Shown piece after piece: positions 27,168 to 47,204 of a stretch of DNA of 64,000 nucleotides (positions are counted from its first letter, which is position 1; each line of letters opens with the position of its first letter). This DNA comes from the human T2T-CHM13v2.0 reference genome, Homo sapiens, in NCBI RefSeq assembly GCF_009914755.1, contig NC_060930.1; one strand, written 5' to 3'. A program made the translations under genes and the position numbers. The notes beneath the pieces are model-generated. The model saw only the letters and a list, made by a program, of their open reading frames with translations. It was not told the origin of the DNA and made no database searches.

Positions 27168-27460
27168 GGCCCAGCATGGTAGCTCATGCCTGTAATCCCA
27201 GCACCTTTGAAGGCTGAGGCAGGCAGATAGCTTGAGCTCCGGAGTTCAAGACCAGCCTGGGCAACATGGTGAAACCCCGTCTCTACAAAGAACAACAACA
27301 ACAAAAAAAATTAGGTGTGGTGGCATGCACCTATAGTCCCAGCTCCTCACAAGGCTGAGAGGAGAGGATCACCTGAGCCCAGGGAGGTCAAGGCTACAGC
27401 AAGCCGTGATCTGGTGACTGTACTCCAGCCTGGGTGACAGAGCAAGACTCTGTCTCAAAA
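27168..27460 (+). mobile_element. AluJ
   Basis: Full-length diverged Alu inside an L2-like region. Confidence 0.9.
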
Positions 27461-27835
27461 TTATTTTATTTTGACTCATTTTATTTTTATTTAGACTCAA
27501 TGTTTTGGCACTAAGCAACTGAAAGAATGAAAGAATGGAGTTACTTTAACAGTGATGGGAGAATGCAATTGGAGCAGGGATTTTTTGTTTTTGTTTTTTA
27601 TTTTTATTGAACATGTAAAGTCTGGGATACCTGTTAGTACCTCACACAAAGTTTGGCATTTAAGAAAGAGGAAGGGGCATTCTTGAGACAGCTTCTGCCC
27701 CTCAGTCCAGAAGCATTCCCCAGCCACACCTGTCAGTCTCAGTGAAAGTTTTAATTATAGGCAATCCCCTTTTCTCTTAACCCCAGACACTGCTAAAAAC
27801 CAAGAGTTTAAGAAAGCAGTATTTTCTCAACTGGA

Positions 27836-28147
27836 TTTTTATTTTTTATTTTTTTAAAGACAAGGTCTCTCTCACCTAGGCTGTAGTGCAGTGATGCGAT
27901 CTCAGCTCATTGCAGCCTTGACCTCCCAACTCAAACCATCCTCCAGCCTCAGCCTTCTGAATAGGACAACAGGCGCACACCACCATGCCTGGCTAATTTT
28001 TGTATTTTTTGTAGAGACGGGGTTTTGCCATGTTGCCCAGACTGGTCTCGGACTCCTGAGCTCAAGCTGTCCTCCCACCTTGGCCTCCCAAGGTGATTAC
28101 AGGCAATTGCAGGCTGGGATTATAGGCATGAGCCACCGTACCTGGCC
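27836..28147 (-). mobile_element. AluJ
   Basis: Antisense Alu with a small internal duplication. Confidence 0.9.
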
Positions 28148-29175
28148 CTCACTTGGACTTTTTAAAGGATTTAGGCTTAAAAAGCTGAAGGACATCCTGA
28201 AATTATCTGGTCTAAAATTAGAGAATTTTTTCAATTACTCCAGGTCCCTCAGAAAGTTATGGAATGTTAATTCTAGCCTCTAAATCTATAGTTTCTCAGG
28301 AAGAATTGCTGATAGTGTATTCTTTTTTAAAGAACTTTTAATCAAATGAGTTAAGTGTAAATGTTTCCTTAAGTTAGAATATCAAAATAATTCATAGGAA
28401 TTGGAGCTGAAATCACTTTTCTAATTATATCTACCCTGCAAAAACATATGACCAGAATTCTGATTCTGATAATAGCAGACAAGGTACTATGAACGAACTC
28501 TTCTACTGAGGAGAAGTGGAAAAGCTGGGAAGAATGCTTTAAAAAAATATATACTTAATGGCATTAGAGAACTAATTAGAGTCAAAGATCTAGATTAGAA
28601 GAGCATGGAGATAGACAGAGATGAGCCCTGTCTTTGGGGCCATTGTCTTCTAGGTATCTTCTGATTCTAGGAGGGGCACCTGAGAAAGTGAGTCAAATAT
28701 TTGATAAGTTCACAAAAGAAAAATACACCAAAGTTGGATTCTGGGAACTTCCAAGTTGGGGCTTGGGGAAGGATGGGACTGATTAATTTCCTCACTGATG
28801 ATGTGTGACCCCAAAGGATTGCACTCTATGAGTAAGGGTGAACCAGACAGGCAGGGCTTCCCAGGACTGTAGCTCAGCTTTGAATATTCTTTTGTGGTTG
28901 GATTTAAGTGATTCCATAATGCTATAGCTTTCTGGAAATCCTCTCTATGAGGGAATAGTATCATAGCTCTCAAATTATTTCTCAAACAATTTTGCAAAAA
29001 ATTTTAAAAGCTAGGCATATGAGAAGACAAAATGGCACAAAGGAAAACCCAACAGAAGCAACAAATAATAGAAATACATTGAAGAGGAATACAGAATTGG
29101 AGTTATCATACAAGATTTTTAAATAACTGTGTATACAGTGTTCAAATATAAGTGACAGGATTAAGAAGTTTAACA

Positions 29176-29449
29176 GGCCGGGCGTGGTGGCTCACACCAG
29201 TAATTCCAGCACTTTGGGAGGCCAAGGTGGGCGGATCACGAGGTCAGGAGATTGAGACCATCCTGACCAACATGGTGAAACCTTGTCTCTACTAAAATAC
29301 AAAAAATCAGCGGGGCATGGTGGCGTGCACCTGTAGTCCCAGCTACTCGGGAGGCTGAGGCAGGGGAATCGCTTGAACCCGGGAGGCGGAGGTCGTGCCA
29401 CTGCACTCCAGCCTAGTGACAGAGCGAGACTCCGTCTCAAAAAAAAAAA
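29176..29449 (+). mobile_element. AluS with a right-arm deletion
   Basis: TSD aagtttaaca. Confidence 0.9.
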
Positions 29450-29889
29450 GTTTAACAAAATGCTGGTGGGGGAACGGGGGAACGTGGTTGGGGGTGGACA
29501 ATGAACCAAATGAAAATCCTGAAATTGGAAAACAACTGAAATAGTAGTGGATGGATATAGCAGCAGATGAAACAGCTGAAGACAATAGTTTAGAAAAAAA
29601 TATCCAGAATGAGGCACAAGAGGACAAAAAATTGGCTACATAGGAAAAGGGTAAGACACAGAGAATATAGATCCAAAATATTTGTCATTAGGATTGCAGG
29701 AGAAATGAGAGGAAATGAGGCAGACACAATATTTGAAGACAGAATAGGTGAGAACTTCCTAAGATTTATGAAGGGTATCAAGCACAGATTCAGGGACCAT
29801 AAGAACCATATGAACCCTAAATAAGATAAATGAAAAAAATCATTTAGATACATCATAGTAAAACTACTAAAAATTAAAGACAGAAATAT

Positions 29890-30178
29890 CTTTTTTTTTT
29901 TTTATTTGAGACAGGGTCTTGCTCTGTCGCCCAGGCTGGAGTGCAGTGGTGCAATCTCTGCACCCTTTACCTCCCAGGCTCAAGCAATTCTCTCCTCGGC
30001 CTCTTGAGTAGCTGGGACTATGGGTGCACACCACCATGCTTGGCTAATTTTTGTATTTTTTGTAAAGACAGCATTTTGCCATGTTGGCCAGGCTGGTCTT
30101 GAACTCCTGAGCTCAAGCAATTTGCCCATCTCGGCCTCCCAAAGTGCTGGGATTACAGATGTGAGCCACTGCACCCAG
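29890..30178 (-). mobile_element. Alu (J-type)
   Basis: Antisense Alu; TSD cagaa(a/g)tatc. Confidence 0.9.
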
Positions 30179-30523
30179 CAGAAGTATCTTAAAAGCAAGA
30201 AAAAAAGTACCTTAAAAGGAGCAACAATTAGATTGGCAGCTAAGTAAAAAAAGTCAGTGCCAAAAGACACTGAAATTTGTGGAAAGTAACTGCCAACACA
30301 GAGTTCTGTACTGAGCAAAACATTTTGTTTAAGAACAAAAGTAAAGACATTTTCAGATAAATAGAAGCTGAGAGAAGTCATCATCTATATGTCCTCAAAA
30401 CACTCAAGACAAGGCTGGAAACAGTACATATTCCCACCAGCAAGATGGAAGAATCTCCTAATTCACAAAGCACTAGGTAAAGTACTTGGAAGGGGTCTGC
30501 CTCAACAGTGAGTAATAGGTAGC

Positions 30524-31044
30524 TGTATTAGTTTCCTACTGCTGCTATAACAGATGACCACAAACTGTCACTTAACACAAATGTATTATCATACAGTCCT
30601 GGAAATCAGAAATCCAAAATGAGTATTACTGGGCTAAAATCTTTTTTATTCAGAGCAGAAGAACTTGAGAGGTAAAATCAAGATGTCAGCAGAGATGCAT
30701 TCGTTTAGGGGACTTAATGAGGAGAGTCTGGTTTATTGTCTTTTCCAGGTTCTGGAGGTTGTTCACATCCCTTGGCCCTATTTCTCCATCTTCAAAGCCA
30801 ACACTGAGTTGAGTCTTTCTCACGTCATATCATTCCAAGCTCTCTTTGGACTCCCCCTTCTACTTTTAAGGATACCTGTAATTACACTGGGCCTACACAG
30901 ATAATACAGGATAATCTCCCTATTTTAAGGTCAGGTGATAGGGAACCTTAAACTTCCCTCTTGCCACATAACATCATATTCACAGATCCTAGATATTAGG
31001 ACATAGACATCTTTGGGTGGGTGAGGAAATTTCTGCCTACTACA
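30524..31044 (-). mobile_element. MLT1 LTR
   Basis: tgtattagtttcctactgctgctataaca...ctgcctactaca. Confidence 0.85.
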
Positions 31045-31126
31045 TTTCCTAGGCTAAAAATGTGGTTTCTGGTGAGGGTTGCCTTCTTGCTGTATACTCA
31101 CATGACAAAAAGAGTGAGAAAGCTCC

Positions 31127-31487
<361 letters not shown>

Positions 31488-31637
31488 CTAATCCCATTAT
31501 AAGTGCCCCACCATCATGACCTCATCTAACCCTAGTTACCTCCCAAAGGCCCCATCCCCAAATGCCACCCCAATGGAGGTTAGGGCTTCAATATGTGAAT
31601 AGGAGCAGGGGACAAAAACATACAGTCCATAATAGCA

Positions 31638-32140
31638 TGTAATGGAAATACCATAAGGAGAAGAGAAAAAGGAACAGAAGAAATATTTGAAGCAATAATG
31701 ACTGAATTTTTTCCAAAGTTAATCATAAACACTAAGCTACAGATCTAGGAAGCCCAAGAGAATATGAAGCAGAATAAACAAAACATCTACACCTAGGCAT
31801 ATAATATTCAAACTGCAGAAAACCAAAGAAACAAAATCTTAAGCTAGAGGAAAATTTACTTTGCCTATATAGGAGCCAGAATAAGAATTACATTGGCCTT
31901 CTCTTCAGAAAGCATGCAAGCAAGAAGAGCAGAGTGAAATATTTAACATGTTGAAAAAAACTCACTAACCTAGAATTCTATATTCAGCAAAATTATCCCG
32001 CAAAAGTGAAGGAAAAAACAACAGATTTCCTCAGACAAAAAGTGGGAGAATTTGTCACCCATACACATCATTTGCAAAAAATGTTAGAAGTTCTTCAGAA
32101 AGGAGAATAATGATATAGGTCAGAAACTGTGATATGCATT
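31638..32140 (+). mobile_element. L1 ORF1 fragment
   Basis: 'gaaatatttgaagcaataatgactga...acctagaattctatattcagcaaaattatcc' is typical of L1M ORF1. Confidence 0.8.
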
Positions 32141-32156
32141 AAAAAAAAAAAAAGCC

Positions 32157-35290
<3,134 letters not shown>

Positions 35291-35302
35291 GTATACTAGT
35301 GG

Positions 35303-35745
35303 TGTATTAGTTATTTGTTGCTGCTTAACAAATTACCACAAAGTTAGCAGCTTAAGAAGACACACATTTATTATCCACAATATCTGTGGGTCAAGAGTCT
35401 GGGTATGGCTTAGCTGGGTCTTTTGCTTCAAGGTTTTTTATGAGATGTTGGCTAGGGCTGGCATCTCATCTGTTACAAGGGAAGGATCCACTTCCAACCA
35501 CACATGGGTGTTGGCAGGACCCAGTTTCTTGAAGGCTCTCAGACAGAGGGCCTCACTCTCCTGCTAACTGCCAGCCAGAGGTTACCCTGAGTTCCTTACA
35601 ACATGGGTTTCTCCATATAGTGGCTGTCTACATCAAAGTCAGTAAGGGAGGATGTCAATGGAAAGAGTTTACTAGCAAGATAGAACTTGGAATCTTCTAT
35701 AATCACAGAAGAGACATCCTGTCAAATTTACCATATTCTGCTGGT
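35303..35745 (-). mobile_element. MLT1 LTR
   Basis: 'tgtattagttatttgttgctgcttaacaaattaccacaaagttagcagcttaa...gggtcaagagtctgggtatggcttagctggg'. Confidence 0.85.
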
Positions 35746-35961
35746 AACTCAGCCATGCTTTATTCTTTCTCACTTCCCCACCTGTGTTACTACCATTCCT
35801 TCTGCCTTGACTGACATATTTCTCTGAACTCCAAATAAAGAGACTATATAAAATCCACTGTTAAAATTAACCTAACATAAAGACTGTCCTTTCTGTCTGT
35901 CTCTTAAACTACTATTTTTGGGTTGTCTTTTCTCCTCAAGTTTTGTGGTTTGTTGTTTCAG

Positions 35962-37490
<1,529 letters not shown>

Positions 37491-38700
37491 TACAACTGAA
37501 CACCTTGCCCACGTGTTTGGTGACAACTTCAAGTAGTATCCAGGATTTTTTCTTACTGAGATAAAATGTTTCTTGAACTTCATTGTTTAAGAACATCATG
37601 GATGCCACATTTAAGACTTTTTATAAAAATCATAAATACTGTGAAAGTTGAGAATTTAGGAAAATAAACATCGAGGAATTTACCTGCAATTACCTTTTGT
37701 AAATGCAATGAAGTATCAGTGCAACAAAAAAGTATACAAGGGCAGTTGTTTAAAAATTATATTTTTCTGCTGAATTATTTATTTTGTTTTGAAGCCATTT
37801 CAATTTCTGACTAACTTTAGCATAGCCTAGTGTTGAAATTACTTGTTTGAGTACCAGTTGAGGACACTGGAATATCTAAGAGCATGGAATGTGCAAGGTG
37901 CGTTGTCTCTGTTTCTTTCCTACCTTGGCTACCTGACCAAGCAAGCCACAATCTAGAAGACAAATAGTAGGTGGGTTAAAGACCCTTCCACATCTCCACT
38001 CCAGAATCATCATTTCCTAGTGAAAAAAGGATGTGTAATATTCTAAGTAGTATGGAGGACATAGAAATTTTGGCCCCTAGTAACTCAAAATTTAGTGGGG
38101 CCATCATGGCTAAAGCCCAGGGGATATATTTTCCACTGTGAACACAGCTCCTTGAGTTCAAATGGAGATGGACAAACCTTTCATTTCAGCATTTTCACCC
38201 TCCTACAAATTATATTTCCTCAACTGAAACCCCTTTCAGCTTCAGCACTAACTGTGTCCCTCATTGGTCAAGGATGTGGGGGACTTCTTTGCCGAAGCTG
38301 ATAATCATTTTCAAACACTGGAAGAATTGCACTTCTTTGTGCTGGTCACAGTGTAACAGCTCTAGACATGACATACTTTTAAGTTTACTCTGCATTGTTA
38401 ACATTTTATCTAACATTTTCCTTAATCTGCACAGCCAAGAAAACAATAAACCAAGCCCTGATTTGAAGTGTTTGCCAACATCCAGCTTTCTGTGGTGTAC
38501 AGTACTTGCACCATGGCTGATTTCCAGTGAAATCACTGAAGTCATGGAGTTGAGAAGAGATGGGGGGTAGCACAGGATTATAGATTCTTTCTACTATATA
38601 GACACACAGACAACCTCAAGAGCAGAAGTAATCATAAAATGTAGTAAATTGGGAATTGATATATTTTGAGTATATATTACCTTTTAATAATTAAATTGTA

Positions 38701-38848
38701 GCTGAGCGTGGTGGTGCACCCCTGTGGTTCCCAGCTACTTGGGAGGCTGAGGTGGGATGATCACATGGGAGTTCGGGGCTTTAGTGAGCTGTGATCACGC
38801 CACTGTACTCCAACCTGGGTGACAGAGTGAGACCCTGTCTCAAAAAAA
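38701..38848 (+). mobile_element. FRAM / Alu right monomer
   Basis: Right-arm sequence with a short A tail. Confidence 0.85.
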
Positions 38849-39389
38849 CATTAATATTAATAATTTAGTTGTCAGTTTTAATAATGTATTTTTTAATGTC
38901 TTGCAGAATTCTTGAAAATTTAACAAGCTCTGAGTCTCTTTGGTCAGGCTCCTACCCACCACTCATTCATGTTTCCTGTATTTGTTCCTTTTTATGGCTG
39001 AGTAGCATTCCATTGTGTGGATAAGTTACAATCTATTCTCCACTGCTATCATTTTGTCATTTCAGTAGTATTATATAAATCATGTAGTATGTAACCTTTT
39101 GCGATTGGCTTTTTGCACTCACTATAATTTGTTAGAGATTTATTCAGGTTGTTGGGCATATCAATAACTTGTTCCTTTTTGATGCAGAGTACTATTTCAT
39201 GATATGTGTGTACCAAAGTTTGTTTAACCATTCATCATTGAAAGACATCTGGATTGTTTTCAGTTTTGGCTATTATGAATAAAGCTGCTGTGAACACTCA
39301 TGTACAGCTATTGTGTGAGCATAAGTCATCGTTTCTCTGCAATAATGACCAGAAATGCAATTGTCAGGTCATCTGGTAGTCATACATTT

Positions 39390-39931
<542 letters not shown>

Positions 39932-40439
39932 TTACATTCCCACTAGCAAAATATGAGTGATCCAGTTTCTCTACTTTTTTTTCTATCATTTGGTGTTTGT
40001 CTCTGTTTTTATCCTAATAGGTATTCTGATAGGTATAGTACAGTAATTTCTTACTATGCTTTTAACTTGCATTTCCCTAATTGCTAATGATGTTGAACAT
40101 TCTTTGGTAAAATGTCTTTTCATGTCTTTTGCCATGTTCTGATTCCTATCTTACTATTCATTTTTGAGGGTTTTTTATATATTATAGAAACTAGTATCAT
40201 CAGATATGGGTTTGTAAGTATTTTCTCCCAGTCCGCAACTTTTTTTATCCTTCTAAGAGGACCTCTTTAACAGAGCACAAGTTTTAAGTTTTTATCAAGT
40301 CCCAACGGTCAATTTTTCCTTTTTTGGATCATGTTGATGGCATCAAGTTTAAGAACTCTTTGCCTAACCCTAGATCCTAAAGATCTTCTATGGCTTTTTT
40401 TTTTTTTTTTCATAAAATTTTTATAGTTTTCCTTTTAAC

Positions 40440-40737
40440 TTTTTTTTTTTTTTTTAAATTTTGGTTTTTTGAGACAAGGTCTTACTCTGTTGCTCATGTG
40501 GGAATACAGTGGCATTATTACAACTCACTGCAGCCCTGACCTTCTGGGCTCAAGCAATCCTTCCCCCTCAGCCTCCCAAATAGCTAGGACTACAGATGTG
40601 TGCCACCACACACACGTCTGTAGTCCTAGCTACTGAAACGATCCTCCAGCCTCAGCCTCCTGAATAGCTGGGACTAGAAGTGTGCACCACCATTCCTGGC
40701 TAAATTTTTAATTTTTTTGTAGAGACGGTCTTACTAT
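40440..40737 (-). mobile_element. Rearranged AluJ with an internal foldback
   Basis: Right arm, 22-bp inverted repeat, repeated right-arm segment, truncated left arm. Confidence 0.85.
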
Positions 40738-40798
40738 GAACCTTGACCTAAGTATCATGCCTTATATACAAATTAACAAAAAATGGATCATGGATTTA

Positions 40799-41075
<277 letters not shown>

Positions 41076-41201
41076 TTAATAGTTTTGAGCTCAATTTCCT
41101 TAGTATTTATTAGTACATTAAAATTATTTCATATTGGATGAGTTGCGATAGTTGGTGTTTCTCAAAGAATTGGTCTATGTTGTTAAATTTATGTGTAGAG
41201 T

Positions 41202-41498
41202 CTGGGCGCAGTGCTCACACTTGCAATCCCAACACTTTGGGAGGCCAAGGCAAGAAGATTGCTTGAGGCTAGGAGTTGGAGACCAGCCTAGGCAACATAG
41301 CAAGACCCCCAACTCCACAAAAAAATTTAAAAATTAGCTGGGCATGGTGGTGTACACCTATAGTCATAGCTACCCAAGGGGATGACAAGAGGATCGTTTG
41401 AGACTAGGAGTTCCAGTCAGAAGTGAGCTATGATCACACACACCACTGCACTCCAGCCTGGGCAACAGAGCAAGCCTTGTCTCAAAAATAAAATAAAT
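41202..41498 (+). mobile_element. AluJ
   Basis: Full-length diverged Alu. Confidence 0.9.
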
Positions 41499-42463
41499 AT
41501 ATATGTAGAGAGTTGTCCATAGTATTCCCTATTATCCTTTTGGTGTTTGCAGAGTCTGTTGTGATATCTCCTGTTTCATTGCAGTTAATGGTCTTCCCTA
41601 ATTTTTTATTTATCAGTCTTACTAAAGGTTTTAATTTATTGATCTTTTCAAAAAACCCACTTTTTGTTTTATTTATTTTTTATAGTTTTTTTAAATTTTC
41701 CATTTGAGTTTTGCTCTTATTTTTATTATTTGCTTCTTTCTGCTTGCTTTGTGGTTTTCTTCTTTTTCTAGGCTCTTGAAGTGAAAGTTTCAATTATTGA
41801 TTTGAGACTTTTCCTCTTTTCTAATGTATGCACTTACTGCTATAAATTTGCCTCTTAGTTCTGCTTTAGCTGTGTCCTACAAATATTGTTTTTTTTCAAT
41901 TTTCATTTAGTTCAATGTATTTTTTTATTTTCCTTAAGACTTCCTCTTTGGTTATTGACTTATTTAGGAATGTATTCAGTTTTCAAGAATTTGGCAGTTT
42001 TTCCCTATCTTTCTGTTATAATTCCTAGTTTGGTTTTCTTGTGGATGCAGAACACATTCTAGTTCTTTTAAACTTGTTGAGGTTTGTCTTATGGCCCAGG
42101 ATATGGTCCATATTGTTATATATTCTATGGGTACTTAAAAATAAATATGTATTTTGCTGGTGTTGGGCAGACTGTTTTATAAATGTCTATTAGTTGGTTG
42201 GCTGATGGTATTGTTCAGTTCTTCTGTATCCTTGATGATTTTCTGTCTAGTTGTACTATCACTTGTTCTCTAATATAATTGTGGATTTGTCTCTCTTTTC
42301 AGTTCTATCAGTTTTTGTTCACATATTTTGCCTACCTATTCTTTGGTACAGATACGTTTAGGATTATCATGTCTCATTAGTGAATTCACTCTTGTCATTA
42401 TGTAATGTTCCCTCTGTGACTGGTACTTTTCTTTGTTCTGTATTCTACTCTATCTCACATTAA

Positions 42464-43149
<686 letters not shown>

Positions 43150-43564
43150 TGAATTTCTTGTAGACAGCATATACTTGGTGCCATTTTATTTTTTGCTTTT
43201 TGTTTGTTCTCTGTGTTGCATTTTTTTTTCTGCTTTCCTGTGGGTAACTGGGACTTTTTTTTAAAGTCCAGTTTGATCTGTGTGTGTATATATATATATA
43301 TATATTTAAGTATATCTCTTTGTATGGCATTTTTAGGGGATTCTCTATATATTGCATTTTATGTATGTAAGTTGTCACAGTCTACCAGTGTCAAGTTCAC
43401 GTAAAGTATTTCCATACTTTACCTTTCCCAATTTATAATTCTTGTAAATACATACTCTACATACATTTAGAATTACTTTAGGCAGTGTTGTAGTTTTTGC
43501 TTCAATCATCAAACACAATTTAGAAAATTCAGGAGGAGAAGGAAAGTCTATTACATGTGCCAAT

Positions 43565-43865
43565 TTTTGTTGTTGTTTGCTTTTTAGAGACAAGGTCTCA
43601 CCCTGTCAGGCCAGAGTGCAGTGGTATGAACATAGCTCACTGCAGCCTCTAGCTCCTGGGCTCAAGTGATCCTCCAGCCTCAGCCTCCCAAGTAGCTAGG
43701 ACTACAGGTGAGTGCCACCACACTAAGTTAAATTTTGTTGTTGTTGTTGTTGTTGTATAGATGGGGGTTTCACTATGTTGCTTAGGCTGATCTTGAACTT
43801 GTGGCCCCAAGCAATCCTCCTGTCTCAGCCTCTGGGATTACAGCGTAGGCCACTGTGCCCAGCCC
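43565..43865 (-). mobile_element. AluJ
   Basis: Antisense Alu with (TTG)n in the linker. Confidence 0.88.
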
Positions 43866-45883
43866 AATATTTTTGCTTACTGTGTTTTGTCTTCTTTTCT
43901 GGTGTTACAAGTTTCCTTTTTATTTTTTTTTAATCATTTCCGATTGTTCAGAGAATTTCCATTAGCCATTATTTTACGGTAGCTCCGCTGATAACAAAGT
44001 CTCTTCGTTTTCCTTCATCTAAAAGTATCTTGATTTCGCCTTCATCCCTAAAGGATATTTTCTCTGGATATAGGATTCTGGACTGACAGTTCTTTTCTTT
44101 CAGCACTTGAAAAATATTGTGCCACTTCCTTCTGGCCTTTATTGTTTCTGATGAAAAATCCCTGTCATTCTCATTGTTTTTCCTCTATTTTTAAGGTATC
44201 ATTTTTCTTTGGCTACTTTCAAGAATTTTTTCTTTGTCTTTGGTTTCCAGAAGGTTAATTATTACCTGTCTTGGTATGGATTTCTTTGGGTTTGTTATGT
44301 TTAGCATTTTCTCAACTTCTTGAATTTAGTAAGTTTATGTCTTTTGACAAATTTGGGAAATTTTCAGTCATTTTTTTTTACTTTTTCATCCTTGCCCCTC
44401 TCTCCTTTCCTTCTGGTACTCTAATTGAACATTAGCTCTTTGGTTATAGTTCACAGATTCCTGAGGCTGTTTTCAATTTCCTTAGTCTGTTTTCTCTGGC
44501 ATTCAGATTGGTTAATTTCTGTTGTTCTCTTTCAGTTCAGTGATTCTTTCCTTTTCCCCTCTCAATTCTGCCATTCTGCCATTCTGCCTATCTACTGAGC
44601 TTTTTATTTCAGTTACTGTGTTTTTCATTTCTGAAGTTTCCATTTGGTTCTTCTTTTATGTCCTATTTGCTGAAATTTTCTATGTCTTTGCTGTGTCTGT
44701 TTTTTCTTATTATTTGTTTCAGGCATGTTTGTAATTGCTTGTTCAAGCCTTTTTGTCACGGCAGCTTTAAAATCTTTGTTAGATAATTCTAAGATTTGTC
44801 ACCTCAGTTTTAATATTCATTTTTTTTTCTTTCAGTCTGAGAATTTCTTGCTCCTTGGTATGAAGAAGGATTTTTGACTGAAACCTGGAAATTGTTATAT
44901 TATGTTCTGAACTCTGGATCTTATTCAGAATCTTTTGTTTAACCTGGCTTTCTCTGATACTACTCTGGCAGGGGGAGGTGGGGGTGTGCTGCCTCATTAC
45001 TACCAGATGGAACTAGAAGTCCATCCTCTGTGATACCCAGCCTCCATTGACACCCCCACTCAGCCTCCATTAACACCCAAGGTGGGGAGCTCTTCATTAT
45101 TTTTGGGTGGAGGGGAGTTCCAATTCCCCATGTGGTTTATACTGATGCTATGGTCATGGGTATGACCTCATTACTGGTGGGTAATAGTAAAAGCCCTGGG
45201 CCTTCAGTAGGCCTCATCTGACACCAGTCCAATGGAGAAGAGGAGGAGTGCCTTGTTTTTGCCAAATTGGGGTAGGAGTCCATGCTCTCCACATGGCCTT
45301 TATTGACACCAACTTAGTGGAGATATTGGGGTACCATTGGAGCCTGGTGAGGGTAGAAGTCTAGGCTTCTCACTGGGCCTTTGCTGTTATGGGTAGGGCT
45401 TGGGGCCACAGTTTTTTCTGTCATGTTTGGCTGGAGTAGAGCAGTTACTATCTAAAAGGGTTTTTTGTCTCGCTAAGCTGCCCCTTTCTTGATCCTTGGG
45501 CTGCAGCAGCAAGCTTTTGTTACGGTTAAATCTGCTTCTGTTGGCATTTTCAGGTTGCTACTGTCTTCAATTTCAAGTTTAGGATAAATACGGCCAAAAG
45601 AAGACCTAGGGAACTCATTACTGGGTCATTCCTTGAATCCTGAGGTTCCTATCCAGTCTGCCTTCTCTTCACCTTTTAGAGATTTCTTATGTTTGTTTTA
45701 TATATAATCTCCAGAGCTTTTAGTTGTACTTAGTAGAAGGAACAGGGAGAAGTACATTTACTTCACATCCCAGAATCCTCACTTTATTTTTAATGAAGTA
45801 CTCTCAGTAATTCACCTTTTTAACTTATGTCAATTTTAGCAAAAAATTCAATTTCCATTTATCATTTATTTCTTGTTCCTCAG

Positions 45884-46133
45884 AGTTCTCCTCTAACATC
45901 TCCCGACCAAGACACTGCTGAGGTCACAACTCCCGGTGTCCAAGATGGCTGTGGATGCAAAGAAGCCTGCTGACTAGCAGCTCCTCCTGGAGGGTTTTGT
46001 GATAGTAAAGGTGAAGTTTGAGGAAGACCACCTCAGGGATTAGGATTTTTACCTTCCAGAGAACCAATCTCTTGCCTGGGAGACCTTCAGCCAGCAGTTT
46101 AGACACTGCTGCTGCTAGGATTCCTTAGGACCC
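45884..46133 (+). pseudogene. Fossil first coding exon of a SCAN-domain gene (N-terminus and start of SCAN)
   Basis: Acceptor tcttgttcctcag| at 45883; Kozak aagATGg at 45945; a single frame reads MAVDAKKPAD*QLLLEGFVIVKVKFEEDHLRD*DFYLPENQSLAWETFSQQFRHCCC*DSLGP. Confidence 0.8.
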
Positions 46134-47204
46134 TGTCTGAACCTGAAAATTATGACATCTAGCAGTCTCTGGGGTGCAATGTTCAGTGAGAACTTTAAGC
46201 AAGGCTGATTTTTTCTTTTCTTTTTTTTTTGTCAACATGAGAGTCACTATGAAAAGGCTTATCCATTATGAGACTCAATGTTATTAATCTCTTATTACAT
46301 AAGGAACACCTAGGTGCCACATTGGAGAGTGAGTCTGCATGGGTAATAAATTCTGAAAAAAACAAGGATTTACAGAACTTTATTTGTGATTTGACCCTAT
46401 TCGGTACAATAAAGTGTTCATGCAATAAAATAGCTATGCTGAAACTGCCATAGAAAATTCTTTTTTCTTTTGAAATTTATGTTATTTTGTGCATATTATC
46501 TTTATTTCTAATTATTTTTGGCATAGCCAGTACTGGTACTACTTTTTTCCCCCTTAATAGTGATTGATGGTCATTGACATATAAAAAGAGTTTGGTGTTA
46601 GGTCAGTTGTCCCTCTTTCCATCCCACACTGGAAACCTAACTGAGGTTTAGTGGGTGTGTAGCAGCTCCTCCAAACACCCATGCCCCACATTTTCACCAT
46701 ATTACATTTATTTCACCCCCTGGTATCCTATCATATGTAGGTTTTATTTTCATTTCCCTTCACTACATATTTCATCATCTTGTTCTGATGACTTCCTGTA
46801 TTGATGCTACCTGACCTAGTCACCCAGGCTCCAAACCTTGGAGTCATCCTTGATTCCATCTATCTTGTTTCTCCACTCCACAATCAAGCAGAACTATTCT
46901 ATCTCTACAGAGTGCTCAAATATGTCCCTTATTTTCCATTTGTGTTGTTATTCTTTCTCTTATTGTATAAACATGTATTAAGTGCTTATTATATGTCAGG
47001 CACTTCTAGGCAGTGGAACTAACAGTGGCGTACAAAACAGACAGTCCCTCCTTTCATGGAGCTTATATTCTAGTGAACATGAAGTAAGAAGGTGAGATAA
47101 ATAACAAATAAAAGCACTTTAGGCACTAGTAAATATCATGGTCAAAATACAATTGGGTTATAGGACAGAGAAGGAAAGATTTAAGGTATTGAATAGGTAG
47201 AAGC

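Larger units (their letters stand above)
28440..30400 (+). mobile_element. Old L1M 5' region / ORF1, interrupted by two Alus
   Basis: ORF 29609-29824 (RSKIFVIRI...TIFEDRIGENFLRFMK) resembles L1 ORF1p; A-rich sense strand. Confidence 0.75.

Noticed and set aside
27660-27745. Possible KRAB-A remnant upstream of the 16-finger exon
   Set aside because: Similarity to EEW..LDPAQ is too weak, and no splice signals support it.
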